DNA of 63,655 bases, filler included, from Phoronis australis (GCA_002633005.1; 9 parts of 9 records of this genome joined end to end with filler, not necessarily neighbours in it); one strand, 5' to 3'. Positions 40,801 through 54,706 are shown, numbered from the whole stretch's first letter. The notes: generated from the letters alone by a model not told the origin. A program made the numbers and translations.

Positions 40801-41985
40801 AGTCACAGTTCCTGCTACATAGAACTCGTCACATGTTAAGTTGCCGACAACTGTTAATTCTAACCTCCCATTGGTCTCGACAGAGAGTCTACGAAGCCCA
40901 GACCCAAAGGACAGTTTGTTAGCGGTCATTGTACCCGAAACCCTCAGTGAATCAGTACTAAGAACCGAAACATCTGAAGTGTTGTCGTAGTTAACATTGA
41001 AAACCACTGTTCCTCCAGGTGCCACGCTGAACTCTAACAAACTACTATTGGCTCTGCCTTGGAACTTGATGTCATTCTTCGTTTGAAATACGCCAGATAC
41101 CTCAACTCTGTCAGCAATCAGTATTCCCCCAGCTGTGAATAACGAACTCACCATTTGTTCCAATCGTTAAGGCTGCAATACCGTTACCAAATGAAAGAGA
41201 CCCCTTTGGTTTAAATCTGCCGTTAATGGTTACGCTAGTACATTCTAGAATTGTCGGTTCAAAAGAGTGCCAGTTGATAACACCGCCCCTATCTATATGT
41301 AGGTTATAGCACGTTTGCATAAAATTTAACTCTTTGAACAAGAAAACATCTCCTGCCACAGAGATGGTCGATCCCAATTTTTCTCTGTTAGTAACAGGGC
41401 GAAACTTCACTACGCCAGCACCGCCCACAGTGAAAATAGTGTTGTTGATTGAAAGGTCTTTTGCCGTGAAGACTCCGTTTATTTCGACTGTTGACGTAGC
41501 CAGAACGGTAGTGTTTGTGTCTAGCGTGAGCCTTCCGGTCGCTTCAACAATAAGCGAACCTGAATTTCCACCAACGTTCAAGTTGACATTTGAAGTCTCG
41601 GTTACGCTCATGATGCCTCCGACGGCGACTTTCAGTCTGTTGAAATACAAAGTTTCATTTCCTTTTGATGAAACACTCAACCTTCCGCTCACTTCTAACA
41701 CCGTTTGATGGGATGACTCGATCTCCCCCAAGACGTTCAAATCATTTCTGATAACGTGAGGTGTTGTATCAAACAAAGCCAACTTTCCACCCTCTTGTAT
41801 GTAAGCACGAGTATTAATATCACGTAAAAGTCGCAATGTTCCCTCCGCGATCACGTAGAAGGAGGTAGACAAATCTCCGTCGACTTTTGTTGCAGATAAG
41901 TTGCCTCCAATGGATAAATGACCACCTTCCATCAGCCAGATACTGTCCAAGTGGGGCAACGAATCATAAACCGAAGCAACAGCAC
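37868..41985 (-). CDS. Internal exons of a giant extracellular beta-solenoid (parallel beta-helix/adhesin-like) repeat protein; exons 41985-40485, 40164-39338, 39062-37868 (~1170 aa, partial at both ends; +1 frameshift near 41141)
   Basis: Three large AG/GT exons with compatible phases (1-1, 1-0, 0-1). G/V/T/S/N-rich beta-strand periodicity, ~98-aa repeats, many N-x-S/T sequons; ends GSLNVGLSGLIDCKEGGHVSDDGPG. ORFs 41111-42001 and 40450-41163 overlap in different frames. Confidence 0.85.
39109..39264. mobile_element. hAT-type MITE, 156 bp, in an intron of the giant repeat gene
   Basis: 14-bp perfect TIR CAGTGCTGTAGTGG / CCACTACAGCACTG with a perfect 8-bp TSD AACATTAT (39101-39108 and 39265-39272). 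Confidence 0.93.
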
Positions 41986-44900
41986 CTGTAAACGAGCACA
42001 CAATAAGATGTCATAGTTTTGTAACTGCCTTCAGATTTTTTTACTCTGTGGTGATATAATATAAGATCAACGTAGAGCATTCATAAAATGTGCCCACGTT
42101 GGTACATTGCAAATGGTGTACTAATGGGGCGGTGGTTATTAATTTCAAGATACGGAATTTAGACATCTCGACTATCTTAGGCACTAGGTGCTGTAATACT
42201 CAAAACTGAGCAATAGCTGACGATATATTTATACCACTTAAAACAGCGTTCACACGCCACTTGTAAAAATAAGTCAGACTAATATTCTTTCTTATCGTCG
42301 GACCCCATGTCAGCCTGCAAGTCTGTTCCCTTAGCGTGAGAACTTGAATAAAATGACATGGTTTGTAGTTGGACTCTGTTCGTCAATAGTGACGGCGCCT
42401 CATTGGCCAGAATCTCAGATTTTTGCTCTCTAATGCTACTCCATTTATTTATAGATGGGACGCCTTTGTGATATCTCGTTTTAAATCCGATTAGATATCT
42501 TATCTGTGTTCTTATACAAATTACATATCAGAAGGCGGTAAAAATCACGTGAAGTAGTTTTGTTTAAAGCTATTCAGAGGTTTCAAAATTTTGTAAGATC
42601 AAGAGGTGGAAACTTAAAAATGAGTGCCAACAAACTAATCCTAGAGTGGACGTCGTCTTCTCCAATAAAGGAATGCATTTATTACGCTTCATGTAGATCC
42701 ACAGAGGAATTTGATAAAAAAGTGAGACAAAAATAAAATTGTCACTGTAGAGGCACAGCAGTTGAAGGGTTCGTTAAAATATCAACGTTAACCGTGCTCC
42801 GACTTTACGATAGNNNNNNNNNNNNNNNNNNNNNNNNNNNNNNNNNNNNNNNNNNNNTTAATTAATTAANNNNNNNNNNNNNNNNNNNNNNNNNNNNNNN
42901 NNNNNNNNNNNNNCTGCATGAGCCATAGATCTTGTACAATTTACTCTTTCGAGAGTTGAACAGCTTGGACGGTGCAGTCTTAGGGCGGTGTTTGAGTGGC
43001 AAATGACCAATAAACATGATGGCCTAGAATAACGTATTCCCAATGCAAGTGTGGCCAGGAAAGTTCGGCAAACACAGAGTTCACTCGGCATGAACACTTG
43101 ACAAAACTAGATATAACAAACTATCTGCATCCACTGAACCATGTGACTAAGTACACACAACTGCAGCGTTGTACAATTTTGCCGCAAAGCATGAACAAAT
43201 TAAAATTCTATTTGGAATTCAATCACCTTTACAAAAACCTCATCAAATGAGCCTGTTACACCTGGAGCCTCAGAGAAGTAACTAGATTCAGATTAAGCAG
43301 ACCAGTCATCTGTAGGCCACCACTCTAAACAAGTGTTCGCTAATCCCCAACAAACACCAAACGATGGTTATGATAATTAGACAGTCAAATCCCATTAGTC
43401 AACAGTTGCAGTAATGAATTAGTCACACAGGTAGTTTGCTTCCCAAGGGACAACTCAAGACTTCCATCAGCATGCCATATTTAGATTGGACAAGCAAACA
43501 GTCTCAAGCGAGCAATTTGCAAACGACAAAGACTCTAATCCATATTAATTATTAAAACACTAACATTTAAGATTAAAGACATGCTGTCTAGTGACCACAC
43601 AAACTGCCACAGACTCTGATTAACAAGTTTGTCAATTCCCTGTCCAAATGTAATATTTATGAACAATCCTCTCTGGTCCTTCCATAAAAATATCTGCAAT
43701 TAAGATTTTAGCCACCAGATGGCATGCGTGTTGAGAATAGTAGCAAAGAGATGAAGTCAGCTCCCACTTGACACAGATCAACACATTCTAAAGACTGTCA
43801 CATTGTAGAGTAGACTTTTGACAAAGAAATATTGCACAGTTCCGCAAAACCCACGACAATATAGAGATGACTTCAACCAGACGCGCAACACAATTCTATT
43901 CTGAACTTTTCGGCACTAATCTGTCAGCGTTACCACACCACCTCACAAAACCCCAACTGGTTGGCAACATAAAAATTTGGGTTTATGGCTTGTGTAGACC
44001 CACTAAACCAGCCTCAATGAGTTTTCTTATCAGCAGTCTGTGTTCATGAAGTTCTGTTATCAATAGTGATTTGTACAACAGCCTTTTGACTCACCATACA
44101 GGAACAAAAGCTATCAAAAGAATTTGTCTACCAGATTTAAACAAAAACATGTTTCTGCAACACAAAGCCTATCTATGCAATAAGCAATATTTACAGAATT
44201 TGAATTGTAGCTAACAACATATCAATAAAACTTAAATGTCTTATAATGAACAAGGTATTCATAAGAAACTGACCACAGAGGGGGTGGCAGTATGAGACCA
44301 GCAACCTTTGAAACTATTCAGTTTCTATTCATTTATGAAATCCGGGTATAAATGAAAAACCCTTTTCCTTGTCTTTGCATGACTGACCCTAAAATATGTG
44401 CAAAACTAAAAAGGTTTAATTTACGATCTCAACAAAAGATTTTTTTCAGTCACATCCAAAAAATTTCTGTACTCTGACAAAGAAAAGTGGCAAATATTTT
44501 ACCAATCTCAGTGGAGTGCGGTAAGGTCAGGATGAAACAAAAAGTATGTTCAAGGCGTGTATCTGAATTGTTGAAAACATCCATTTATTACAAATCTATT
44601 CACAGCAACAAAGCAATTGAAATGCACAGACACTTAAAGGGACATTCTAGGTGAGCTAAGTAACTTACTTAATCACCAGACTCCATAGTCGCAGTTGAAT
44701 GCCCTACAGCTGAGCCAAATCCCGTGCATTAAATAGCAAAGTATTTCAAACGAAATAACTATTAAAGTGGTAAAGACAGAAGAGTTGATTTCAGTGAATG
44801 TCAAGCAGACAACAGAGAGAATTGACAACTTGTGATGAAATTATAAAACCACAACAGATTACGTTGCTTTACAGCTCAGGTCAAGGCTGTCCCATCCAAC

Positions 44901-46744
44901 AATAGTAATTTCAAGATGTCTGTCCCATCCAACAAGAATATCAAGATGTCTGTCTCATCCAACAATAATCACAAAACTGCAAGTTTGGCTGCAGAAACGA
45001 TAATGTCCATTTAAGACGCACTGTAAGAACAACGGAAACAAAACGAACTTAAAGCAATCAGAATAGCATGCTCAACATACAGTTACGGTGATCACGTGAA
45101 CATACAGAGATAGACACACACTCCTTGTTTTAAGTGTCAAAAAAATTTTAAAAATGCAGACCGAAGCTTGAAGGAAAGAACACCAACAGTTGATTCTGTC
45201 CATTTACCTGATTTAATCCTCAAAATATGGCCACTTAAGTCATATGTCATTATCAAAATTCCATCATCAATGTTTAATTTGATTACAAAGCTTTCACCAT
45301 GAACAGTTATTTGAAACCAAACTGTTTTTGCCAACGATTTTGTGATACAATTGCGAAGTTTGTTTTGCTGAACTGTAGTGAAATATCGATTTCACCAGTA
45401 AGAGGAATACGTGTGTACCCGGAGGCACTAGCAAAAATGCAAAAATTCTCACAATTAGTTTCACAAACCACAGTCATCGTAATTCTATGTATTGGTTTTT
45501 AGGGTTAATACAAGGGAAACACTTCAATACAATGCCAGGAGTTCAAATTCAGTTCGATGAATCGGACGCTGCACCCAATCACAATGGTTACACCCTGCTG
45601 TGAAAGTAGGCGTTTGGGCCATCACGTGCTCTCTATGCATAGAAATGGCACACAAACAACTGAAGAGCAAAAATTTATTGCACAAATATGACTGAAACTC
45701 AAAAACGTCTAAGAAGTGCACAAACAATTTAAAGGACATTATCTAGTTAATAAACATTTATTTATTATATTTTAAAGACTTAATTCTTTTTTGACCACGT
45801 CTTTAAACCATTAATCTCCTCCCAAGTCAATATCCAATGTAGTCATTGCCATTTGAAGTGTGAATACATATGTGAAATACCTTGTATACTATATTGAATG
45901 TATACCAACATGAATCTGATCATCAAATATACCATTATTTCTTTGAATTGGTAATTCTTATTATTTTGTATAAAATTGTTGCATGAATTCCGTTACAAAA
46001 AATGACTACATTCTATGAATAATCAATTCTACAGGACGAAGAAATTTCTTGCAGAGTGGTGTTCAGTTTTGTCAATAATTTGGCAAGAACAAAATCGCAT
46101 TTTCTGTTAACTGGGTGCTTATAGAAATATGTTAAACCTGTTTATGATTCACTTCACAACAACTCAGTATTTATATAACATGTTTTATCATAACCCTAAT
46201 CATAGTTAGTTAACTACCCCATGCTTTTCCAGTTTGAATGCCACTAACCTCTTCAAGGGTCCCAGGAACAGTACAAGTTAAACATTGTCCCAGAATTCTG
46301 TCATGATGGCTGGGCGTCACCCAAATTCATCATCCGAGTGACCTTCCCTCATGACCACGAGAGGAATTAGGAGGAAAGTGAGTTAGGGGGATTAGCCATT
46401 TCGTAGTTAGAACTTTGTGCCAATAATATAGTCACTAGCACTTATTTCTGATGTTGACAGAATTTAAGCCGTCATAGACAAAAAGTATTTTTATTACTTT
46501 AGTCTCATAATATAGCTTTCAAGGTGCAATAAAATTTCAAAGAGACAAAGTGAANNNNNNNNNNNNNNNNNNNNNNNNNNNNNNNNNNNNNNNNNNNNTT
46601 AATTAATTAANNNNNNNNNNNNNNNNNNNNNNNNNNNNNNNNNNNNNNNNNNNNATTCCAAGCGAGGCATCTTAGAGAGGTTATTGCGTCTAAGAAATTC
46701 AACCAATATCATCGCCGACCTGCCTTTCTGCTTTCGTGACCAAA

Positions 46745-46991
46745 GGTCTGTTCCAAGAAACTGATTTAAGTTCATTTTTGACTTAAGTTTAAAATTTGTC
46801 TTAAATTTCAAACTTTGAAACTTCCACATTCGGTAAGTTAGTCAAATTTAAGACAAAACTTGTGTCAAACACTTAAGTCAAACTTAAGATCTCTTTCTTG
46901 AGTTGGTTTTGAAACAACTTTAATTTTTACTTTAAAATTTACCAAAATTTAAGATTTGTCTTAGCTAAGTCAGTTTTGTTGGAACGGGCTC
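46745..46991. mobile_element. MITE with imperfect ~24-bp TIRs
   Basis: GGTCTGTTCCAAGAAACTGATTTAAG at the left versus TAAGTCAGTTTTGTTGGAACGGGCTC at the right; AT-rich interior with CTTAA/TTAAG sub-repeats. Confidence 0.6.
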
Positions 46992-48589
46992 CAAGTCTCC
47001 ATCTATCGGTCATAACAATAGTGGATTCAGAAAGCAAGAAGAAAGGATTAAATCTGTCACTTAGGGTACTAAGTCGAACATAAAAAGACCCAAGATAGTT
47101 CATCACACGTCATATGACTTGACGTCAGTGGATGAAGGCTGTATTGATCAAGCAAAAACTGTTTATAAGTTGTGTTCGACTGCGGTCTAGATTAATAAAG
47201 CCATCAATTGAAACCGGTTTTCAGTTTGTTATCGCACCGAAATCTGAATCCATTAGCATTTGTCGGTGGCGACCATCGACCAAGGGGGCAAAATACGCGA
47301 CAATGTTTTTCTTATAATTTCGGGCAAAGGAGATCTTATCCAGTCACTAAAACGAAATCATTCAAAAACAGGGTGCATAGCAAAAAACTCGACGGAAGTA
47401 AAAATGTCCCCAGAAATGTCACATTTTACAATTGGATTATTGATTATTCAGTCACAGCATTAGTAAAAAATCAACAAAACAGAAAGAAAAACACCTAGAT
47501 CTTGTAGAAAACCGACAGCAAGATTCCCTGACAATGTGGATACAGTGAGAAGCTGTCACTGTCAAAAGAAGTGCATATGAATTGTTAGCCCAGTTACTAA
47601 TTTTTTAAGTGCGCCGTTGCAAAAATACATAATAGGAATATTAAGTGGGATCCAGACCAGGAAAGGGACCGGAAATACATAAGAATGATGAAAATTTGTC
47701 AGCTGCAATCGTTTGAAACATATTTTCTAATGATGTCGTATTAAGTGGAGCCTTAATTTTAGTTGTGTATTTGTTGTAAAAGAATATTTCATATACTGTA
47801 ATCTTTTTGATAGTTAAACGTTATCACATGAATGCATTATTTTAAAATTTATTTCTATGGGAAACCGTTGATACCTTTACGTGAAACTAAATCAGCACAT
47901 TGTATGCATTATGTTGACAGATGTGCACTGAGCTTTTCACACTACAATGACGTGATGTGACATCTTCCTATAGTCCCGCCCACACACAGACTTACCCTAG
48001 AACAACTTGTACTATTGTAACTAGTTCAATTTGCCCCACTTTATGTGGAGCATCCACACAAACACACACATATCTGATAACTAGGGTAAGGCGGAAGTTG
48101 TCGCTGATCTGCGCATGACAATGGACAACTGATGCAAATACTGCGCCCAAAGGAGACTCGACTGTGTAACCGCAGCAGATGAGAATCATTGGCACATGTT
48201 ACCCTAGAACAAGTTACCCTACCTCGATAAAGCGAAATACGTTGTAACATCTGAAGACCCCCAGCAGCCCCCCCCNGGCAACCGACACCATCCCCTCCAC
48301 GTCGAATAGAGTACAGCCAATCGCGACAGTGGAACAGTTGAAGCTGCGGAAAAAATCCACACCACTCCAAGTGACATTTTTAATGTACAAGTAAAAAATA
48401 CGGCATCACCGCATCAATTCTAAAAAATCATAAATCAGAACCAACTGTGCTATTTTTGGCCAAAAATTTTCTTTCTGTCAGAACCGAAATCTTCTTATCT
48501 TTTGTGACGTCAGAAATACAGTGTTATTTGCATGTTATCGATAGAGGCCGCTAATGCTGATTGATAGAGAATAGCGGATTTGCAGCGCA

Positions 48590-48660
48590 AACGAACTACG
48601 CATTGCGCATGTGCGAGTTACTTCCTGCGCGAAGGCTCATGGGATAGCTTGTGGTCAGGC
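48590..48660. promoter_or_regulatory. Cluster of housekeeping-promoter-like motifs (NRF1-, ETS-, ZNF143-like)
   Basis: TGCGCATGTGCG, ACTTCCTG and TGGGATAGCTTGTGGTC within 70 bp of CpG-rich sequence. May lie within a transposon. Confidence 0.35.
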
Positions 48661-51239
48661 ATGTCTTGAGCAGGCTGGATAGTGTGTGCATTTGGACTCA
48701 TTTGCAAACTAAAAACCATGTTTCATTTTTTGCTTTATAATACCAAGCAAGTCCTCTCTCTCGTTTGTAAACACAGCGTAGCTATGATCAGTGACCGTGT
48801 GCCGAGGGCACAACTATCGTCATGTTCAGTATGGGGACTATCGGCGTTGATTTCGAAATCTCCTCCGGTTTCAGACAAGTTGAGAGTTCTTGGGTTGCTT
48901 AACTTTTGTAGCTTTCGCCGTGGATATGCTAGAGACGTTAATTTTAAGAGGAAATGTTCTCATCATACGTCTTTTTTCCACCAGGAAAATGTTCGCTGCA
49001 CACACGATGGCCCCTAGGCAATTACATCGCACTGGATGNTATCGGCGTTGATTTCGAAATCTCCTATTTCAGACAAGTTGAGAGTTCTTGGGTTGCTTAA
49101 CTTTTGTAGCTTTCGCCGTGTATATGCTAGAGACGTTAATTTTAAGTGGAAACTCCGTCGGAGTCTTTTTTCCACCAGGAAAATGTTCGCTGCACACACG
49201 ATGGCCCCTAGGCAATTACATCGCACTGGATGCCGCAGGCATTCAGTACATCCTCACAATAAGTTACTCAGTTCACAATACAGCAAATAAAATCAAATGA
49301 ACCCGGCATACATATAGGAACACGGAGTAATAATTAACACATACCACGACTCTGGATACAATTTAGTCAGCAAAACTTGAACGAATCGATGAAAATCTGT
49401 CGCGGTTTGTTCGAGTTTCTCCGTCTCAGTCACGGTTACCGGGTGCCATTTTGAGGAAGTTACGTGAAATTACGCATGTAGACGAATAAAAAGTCCAAGG
49501 GACACACATCTTACAAGTTTCACTCGGCGATACCTTCTCATGCTATTTTACAAGTGTCGCGCGCTAGCGTCACGCGCTTCGCTCAGTCTCGCGCTAACCT
49601 TGCGCCTAACTCCGGGATTCAGTTGACATGCTTTGTGGTTATCGCGCACGCGGTGATAAAATTAACGGCCACCAAAAAAGCTGAGTTGTAATTCTTCGCC
49701 AAAGTCAACTTAATTCTCACAACTAAGCTTCATTAAAGATATGTATAGAAGTAGAAAGGACCAATGATGAAAGTAAGCGTTTTTTAAATGATAGATTTAA
49801 GTGTAGATTGTATTTTTGACGAGGTGAAAACTCGAAATCGGTAACCCAAATCCGGTCACGGCCCGTTTAAAATACACTGGAGTAACGAAATGAGTACAGA
49901 AAGCGAATGGAAGTATTGTAGCCCCTACATGGCCAACCGAGGGGCTACGTGTTGCCTACTAGATGGCCCCGCGTTCGTTTGAATGCGCTAAATTTCCCCT
50001 TACTCCCAGGTCTCCTAATGTTGTTTATCCATTTTTCACNNNNNNNNNNNNNNNNNNNNNNNNNNNNNNNNNNNNNNNNNNNNNNNNNNNNNNNNNNNNN
50101 NNNNNNNNNNNNNNNNNNNNNNNNNNNNNNNNNNNNNNNNNNNNNNNNNNNNNNNNNNNNNNNNNNNNNNNNNNNNNNNNNNNNNNNNNNNNNNNNNNNN
50201 NNNNNNNNNNNNNNNNNNNNNNNNNNNNNNNNNNNNNNNNNNNNNNNNNNNNNNNNNNNNNNNNNNNNNNNNNNNNNNNNNNNNNNNNNNNNNNNNNNNN
50301 NNNNNNNNNNNNNNNNNNNNNNNNNNNNNNNNNNNNNNNNNNNNNNNNNNNNNNNNNNNNNNNNNNNNNNNNNNNNNNNNNNNNNNNNNNNNNNNNNNNN
50401 NNNNNNNNNNNNNNNNNNNNNNNNNNNNNNNNNNNNNNNNNNNNNNNNNNNNNNNNNNNNNNNNNNNNNNNNNNNNNNNNNNNNNNNNNNNNNNNNNNNN
50501 NNNNNNNNNNNNNNNNNNNNNNNNNNNNNNNNNNNNNNNNNNNNNNNNNNNNNNNNNNNNNNNNNNNNNNNNNNNNNNNNNNNNNNNNNNNNNNNNNNNN
50601 NNNNNNNNNNNNNNNNNGGGGCAGCATATGACGAACTTAGGTGTCACAATAAAATGGCTGCCGAAGGCAGTGCACATTTGAAATAACTCGGCACAAATTA
50701 AAGAAAACTTCCGAATCGATGAATGCGGTATATCTGTGAGAGTTAAATCGAATCCTATTCAGATCATAACTTTGAAGTGGAATAATTCGGTGAGTACAAC
50801 AGCAAGTCGGTTTTATGCTTAGGCGGACGACCATTGGGTTCCCCAGTATATGTGTTATATCAAATCACTGTGTTACTATCTACATAACAATAATGGCGAC
50901 GAGGATAAAGAACTACTTTCATCGTAATGGTTCAACACTTTCACGTACATGCATAGCCAACATTCACTTTCTGTGCAAGTAGCGTCGCTTGGGTGAGATT
51001 CTCAGAAGTTACCAAAGTTTCATATCTTGGTTTCTACTACAATCGTATAACAATAAGAGTTTTAATCCAGGGATACGTTTGAATCCGGCGATGCACTGGA
51101 GTAATTTTGTAATGTTGAACACTGGGTTATTTCTCTAATTGTTTGAGTTACGGCTGGCGGCAAGTTAAAAAATCCGCTGTTTGGCAGTCTAGTTTCTCCC
51201 GCGACCTAGCACAGAAACACGGTTCATCTCGAAAAACTT

Positions 51240-51829
51240 TCTACTCTGACGCCATGTAGCTGTCCATGTCTCGCGCACGCGGCATGTCTTTACAGCTCGT
51301 GCGTGCACTCATCGCATCATGCAACACCACCCGACTTCTTGCACAAGCTGAGTGCAGTTCCAGATTCTGTTGCCAACGGAGATTTCTGCGTCTCGAGGAA
51401 CGACTTCGGTAGGACTTGGCACAACCAACTTGATTTTTTTTTGCAGACGAACAAACAAGCTCAGGTCCGGAACAGGAATTCACCATTTCACCACTAACTT
51501 CCACATCGTCCTAAATATGATTATTTTATTTAAAGTCTCACTACAACAGCAATATCAGCTCGTACAGCACTCTCGATTGTCCGGTTACCGATTAGATTAG
51601 AACTTGTGTCATTGTAGAAGCTCCGCCCCACTTGTCAGTCATTGAGCTTGTGAGCAGTCAAGCCACATGACTTACTGAAGATTGATCAAATATAATTTAA
51701 TAAAAAACAACTCTGGATTTTCAGAATAATTTTATTTTCCCTATACTATACATCAAGAATTAATGTTTAGGTTAACATAAAAATGTAAAATGTAATCAAA
51801 AATATATTTTTTTGTATCGACCTGCCTTA
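51240..51829 (-). mobile_element. Kolobok-like element end with a degenerate Cys-rich (CxxC...CxxC) ORF remnant
   Basis: Ends TGTATCGACCTGCC-TTAA; a related terminus AAGGCAGGTCGCTACA occurs at ~14659. The - strand has CLFVCKKK...CDEC with stops. Confidence 0.4.
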
Positions 51830-53309
51830 AACAGGTCGCTCGTCTGCAGCTACATACTCTCATGCTTTTGCCAAAGATAATCGCAAGGTCCGATAATGTG
51901 TTACACCCAGTGACCGTGGCGTAATCGCAGGTAAAGTAGCATGCGAATTTGACCTATTTTTGATGACACACTGAGCTGTAAACTAGTTATATGTTATGAT
52001 TGATAGCGACAAGATGCACTTTTTCCCTACTTTATAGCGAGGGAACGGTCAGAATTGTCCACAGTCACCGTTGTCTGGGCTATTGAATTTGACCGTGTAC
52101 AGATGAGCAGGATAATCCATTACAAGTGTTATAAACGTGAAGGTTACCACAAAATAATGTTGGCGACTGGGTGTGGACCTCTCAAACTTCCAGGACCACA
52201 TCTCGAAAGCGAGGTCATAATCCGGCACTAATGGATAGGTGGAATGCCATTCCGGCGGTTTATGATCACCATTTTTCGCACCGATTTGATTTCAGAAACA
52301 TTAATTTATTCCAGTGCATGTAGTCGTGTTTACTTAAAGAATATGTTCACCAACGATCACTTGCGTGAATTGAACACAAGGCGCGGATCTATCAGGGGCG
52401 GAACTAGATTTATTAAATTTGAGGATTGAACGAATCGACACACTTCCCTTTCTCTAAATCAACAGTCATCTTCAGTTACCTTGGCTATTTCCCCACTTAC
52501 CCATCCTAGTCGCTGCCCTTCGCTATGCCCTAGAAAGTAGCACCTGGAAGAGGCCGTCCACGGCCCTCACTCATTTAAGGGGAAATGTGCCTGTGCCTTC
52601 TAAAAGGGTTTCCGCGGTGTTCTTTACTAGGAGGGGAATTTTTGCGTCGTTTTTTACTTATAGTGGAGTTTTGTGATGTTCAGCTTCAGTGCTGCACCAG
52701 CACTGCTTTTTATGACAATACTCCTTAAACAATAAAAAGTAAGTCACTGTTATATCCACCATTTATTTGTAAAATATGGAAGTGAAGACGACCTACAGTC
52801 ACATGAATGACACCGGTACATCGACTTAGGTAGGCTTTTGGCGTTCACATTCAATGTAATACCCTTGTGACACTTATTGGCTTATGAAGGCAATACCAAG
52901 ACTTTGGTTCATTTTCGCACAAGCATAGAAAAATGGAATTGTTAGTAAATGTCCATCGGGGAAAATAACTTTGAAGACTAGGAACTAAATATGCTAGCAC
53001 TACTAACACCTTGAAGACAAAGTGAGTTAGTAGCAATGTTTGTAGGAACGGACCCCAACCTTGTACCACAGAACCCACCTTGCTGGCACAGTATTGACGG
53101 TTTTCAGCAAAAGAATGTTTTTAATTTCTCATAACATCCTCAAATTTGACCATTCAGTCCTTCTTCCACCTCAGTCAATAACAAGAATAGCTATGCTTAA
53201 CTGTGAGTGACAGTTATGTTGACCACAGTGTTAGTAAAAAATCATGTTCGAATATGATTTGCTTCTGAGAGGAGTGCACAGCAAGATCATCAGTGAAAAG
53301 ACAGGTTCC

Positions 53310-53458
53310 CAGGAGCGGATCCAGGATTTTCAGTTGGGGGGGGGAAGGGCAGGGTATTAGCCAGGATTTTGCCCGTCAGCCATTCGCACCCCCGAACTGC
53401 TAAATAGAATCTGGGAGAATTTTAGGGGATCCATGGCCCCCATCTAAATCCGCCACTG
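53310..53458. mobile_element. hAT-like MITE (CAGTGGCGGATC-type ends)
   Basis: CAGGAGCGGATCCAG ... CTAAATCCGCCACTG, with a G-run interior. Confidence 0.65.
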
Positions 53459-53544
53459 GTTCCTGTATGTTTTCGCGATTCGTCGCAAAGGTTTTCGTAA
53501 TTCTTCTCTAAAAGAACTTATTTGAGTTTCATTGAGCCGCAGAC

Positions 53545-53820
53545 AAACGGAAGTTAACCTTTAGTTTTATGTTTTCAATGCGAAAGGGTGAAATAACGCA
53601 AAACTGCCCCCCGTTCAGTAACGCAAAACTTCGCGAGATCACGTGAGATAATGCCATGCGTTTTAAATGAGATCACGTGACCTTGGATAGATTTTAGCTA
53701 GGTCCTTTCGTAAGTTCTAGCGTTACTGAACGTACGCTTGGTTCAGTGTAGCACTACTGCATGTGACGCTTGCTTAATTAAGGAAAACCAATTTGTGACA
53801 CTTCCGGTGTCTGGCTGCCT
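53545..53820. promoter_or_regulatory. Probable housekeeping promoter
   Basis: CGGAAGT and ACTTCCGG (ETS, opposite orientations), TTCGCGAGA, and two GATCACGTGA E-boxes clustered in ~270 bp. Confidence 0.45.
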
Positions 53821-54706
53821 CGTGTTTAAAATCAGTGGGTTTGAATACGATATTTCAAAGATTTTGTGAGGTTAAAACCATGAGGGTAATTTTTTATCGT
53901 TCAGAGGGAAATTTTTTGACCAGATAAGGGTAATTTTGCGTTATTTTCAGATATTTTTGAGAGTGAAGTAGCTCGGCGATACTCGGTCCCAATTTCGAGG
54001 GATGGAGGGCCTTCCGTCTTTTCCTACATGTAGGGTAGTCTTGCGTGAAAATCACATATTTGCCTTAGTGAATCGACAATTTTCTCTCCTAATTCGATAA
54101 TAATTGTGAACACCACCTCCAAACCCTTCAGTTACGCATATGGGTGCTTTTGCAAGGATTAATACTGGCGGTCCTGTTCTTGGCCAAAACGTTGCATTTA
54201 AATACTTTACTTTCGTCAGTTGCTAAGTCTATGGTAGCCCATTTCTGCCAAGAAAATGTAATATTAAAATGAAATTATTTCGAAGTTAAAAGACGTTTAA
54301 AACGAAGATCTGACATAAAACAAGTTTACATGCATTTTTGCTTTTAAAATGAAAAATAATTTTTTTTTTGAAAGAACACATATTTAAAAAGAAAATTCTA
54401 TGCAAAAGTCGTAATTACGAAAAAAAAGTTTGCCCAAATAGTTATTGGATACATTGAATTGGGAGTGGCGTAACCTCGTCTTGAACTCTGCTTTTGGTCA
54501 GTTAGAACGCTTGCCTGCAACTTGTGTTTAAATAATCCTCATTCTCGTCTCTTTCCAGTTAGCCATTGCCGATACACCAATTCACTCATGGTACGACAAT
54601 TTACCCNNNNNNNNNNNNNNNNNNNNNNNNNNNNNNNNNNNNNNNNNNNNTTAATTAATTAANNNNNNNNNNNNNNNNNNNNNNNNNNNNNNNNNNNNNN
54701 NNNNNN

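Noticed and set aside
37857-42001. Bacterial contamination or recent HGT as the source of the adhesin-like ORFs
   Set aside because: The ORFs are split by canonical phase-matched spliceosomal introns, one containing a eukaryotic hAT MITE.
42914-46553. 3.6-kb contig upstream of the giant gene, checked for further exons
   Set aside because: No convincing open GT-AG exons or motifs; it looks like UTR or intergenic sequence with a small 3-unit repeat at ~44888-44965.
48839-49231. ~195-bp tandem duplication
   Set aside because: Copies are separated by a single N (49039), consistent with overlapping haplotype contig ends rather than a real duplication.
49949-50686. Long ORFs of 200-245 aa
   Set aside because: Consist almost entirely of translated N gap.
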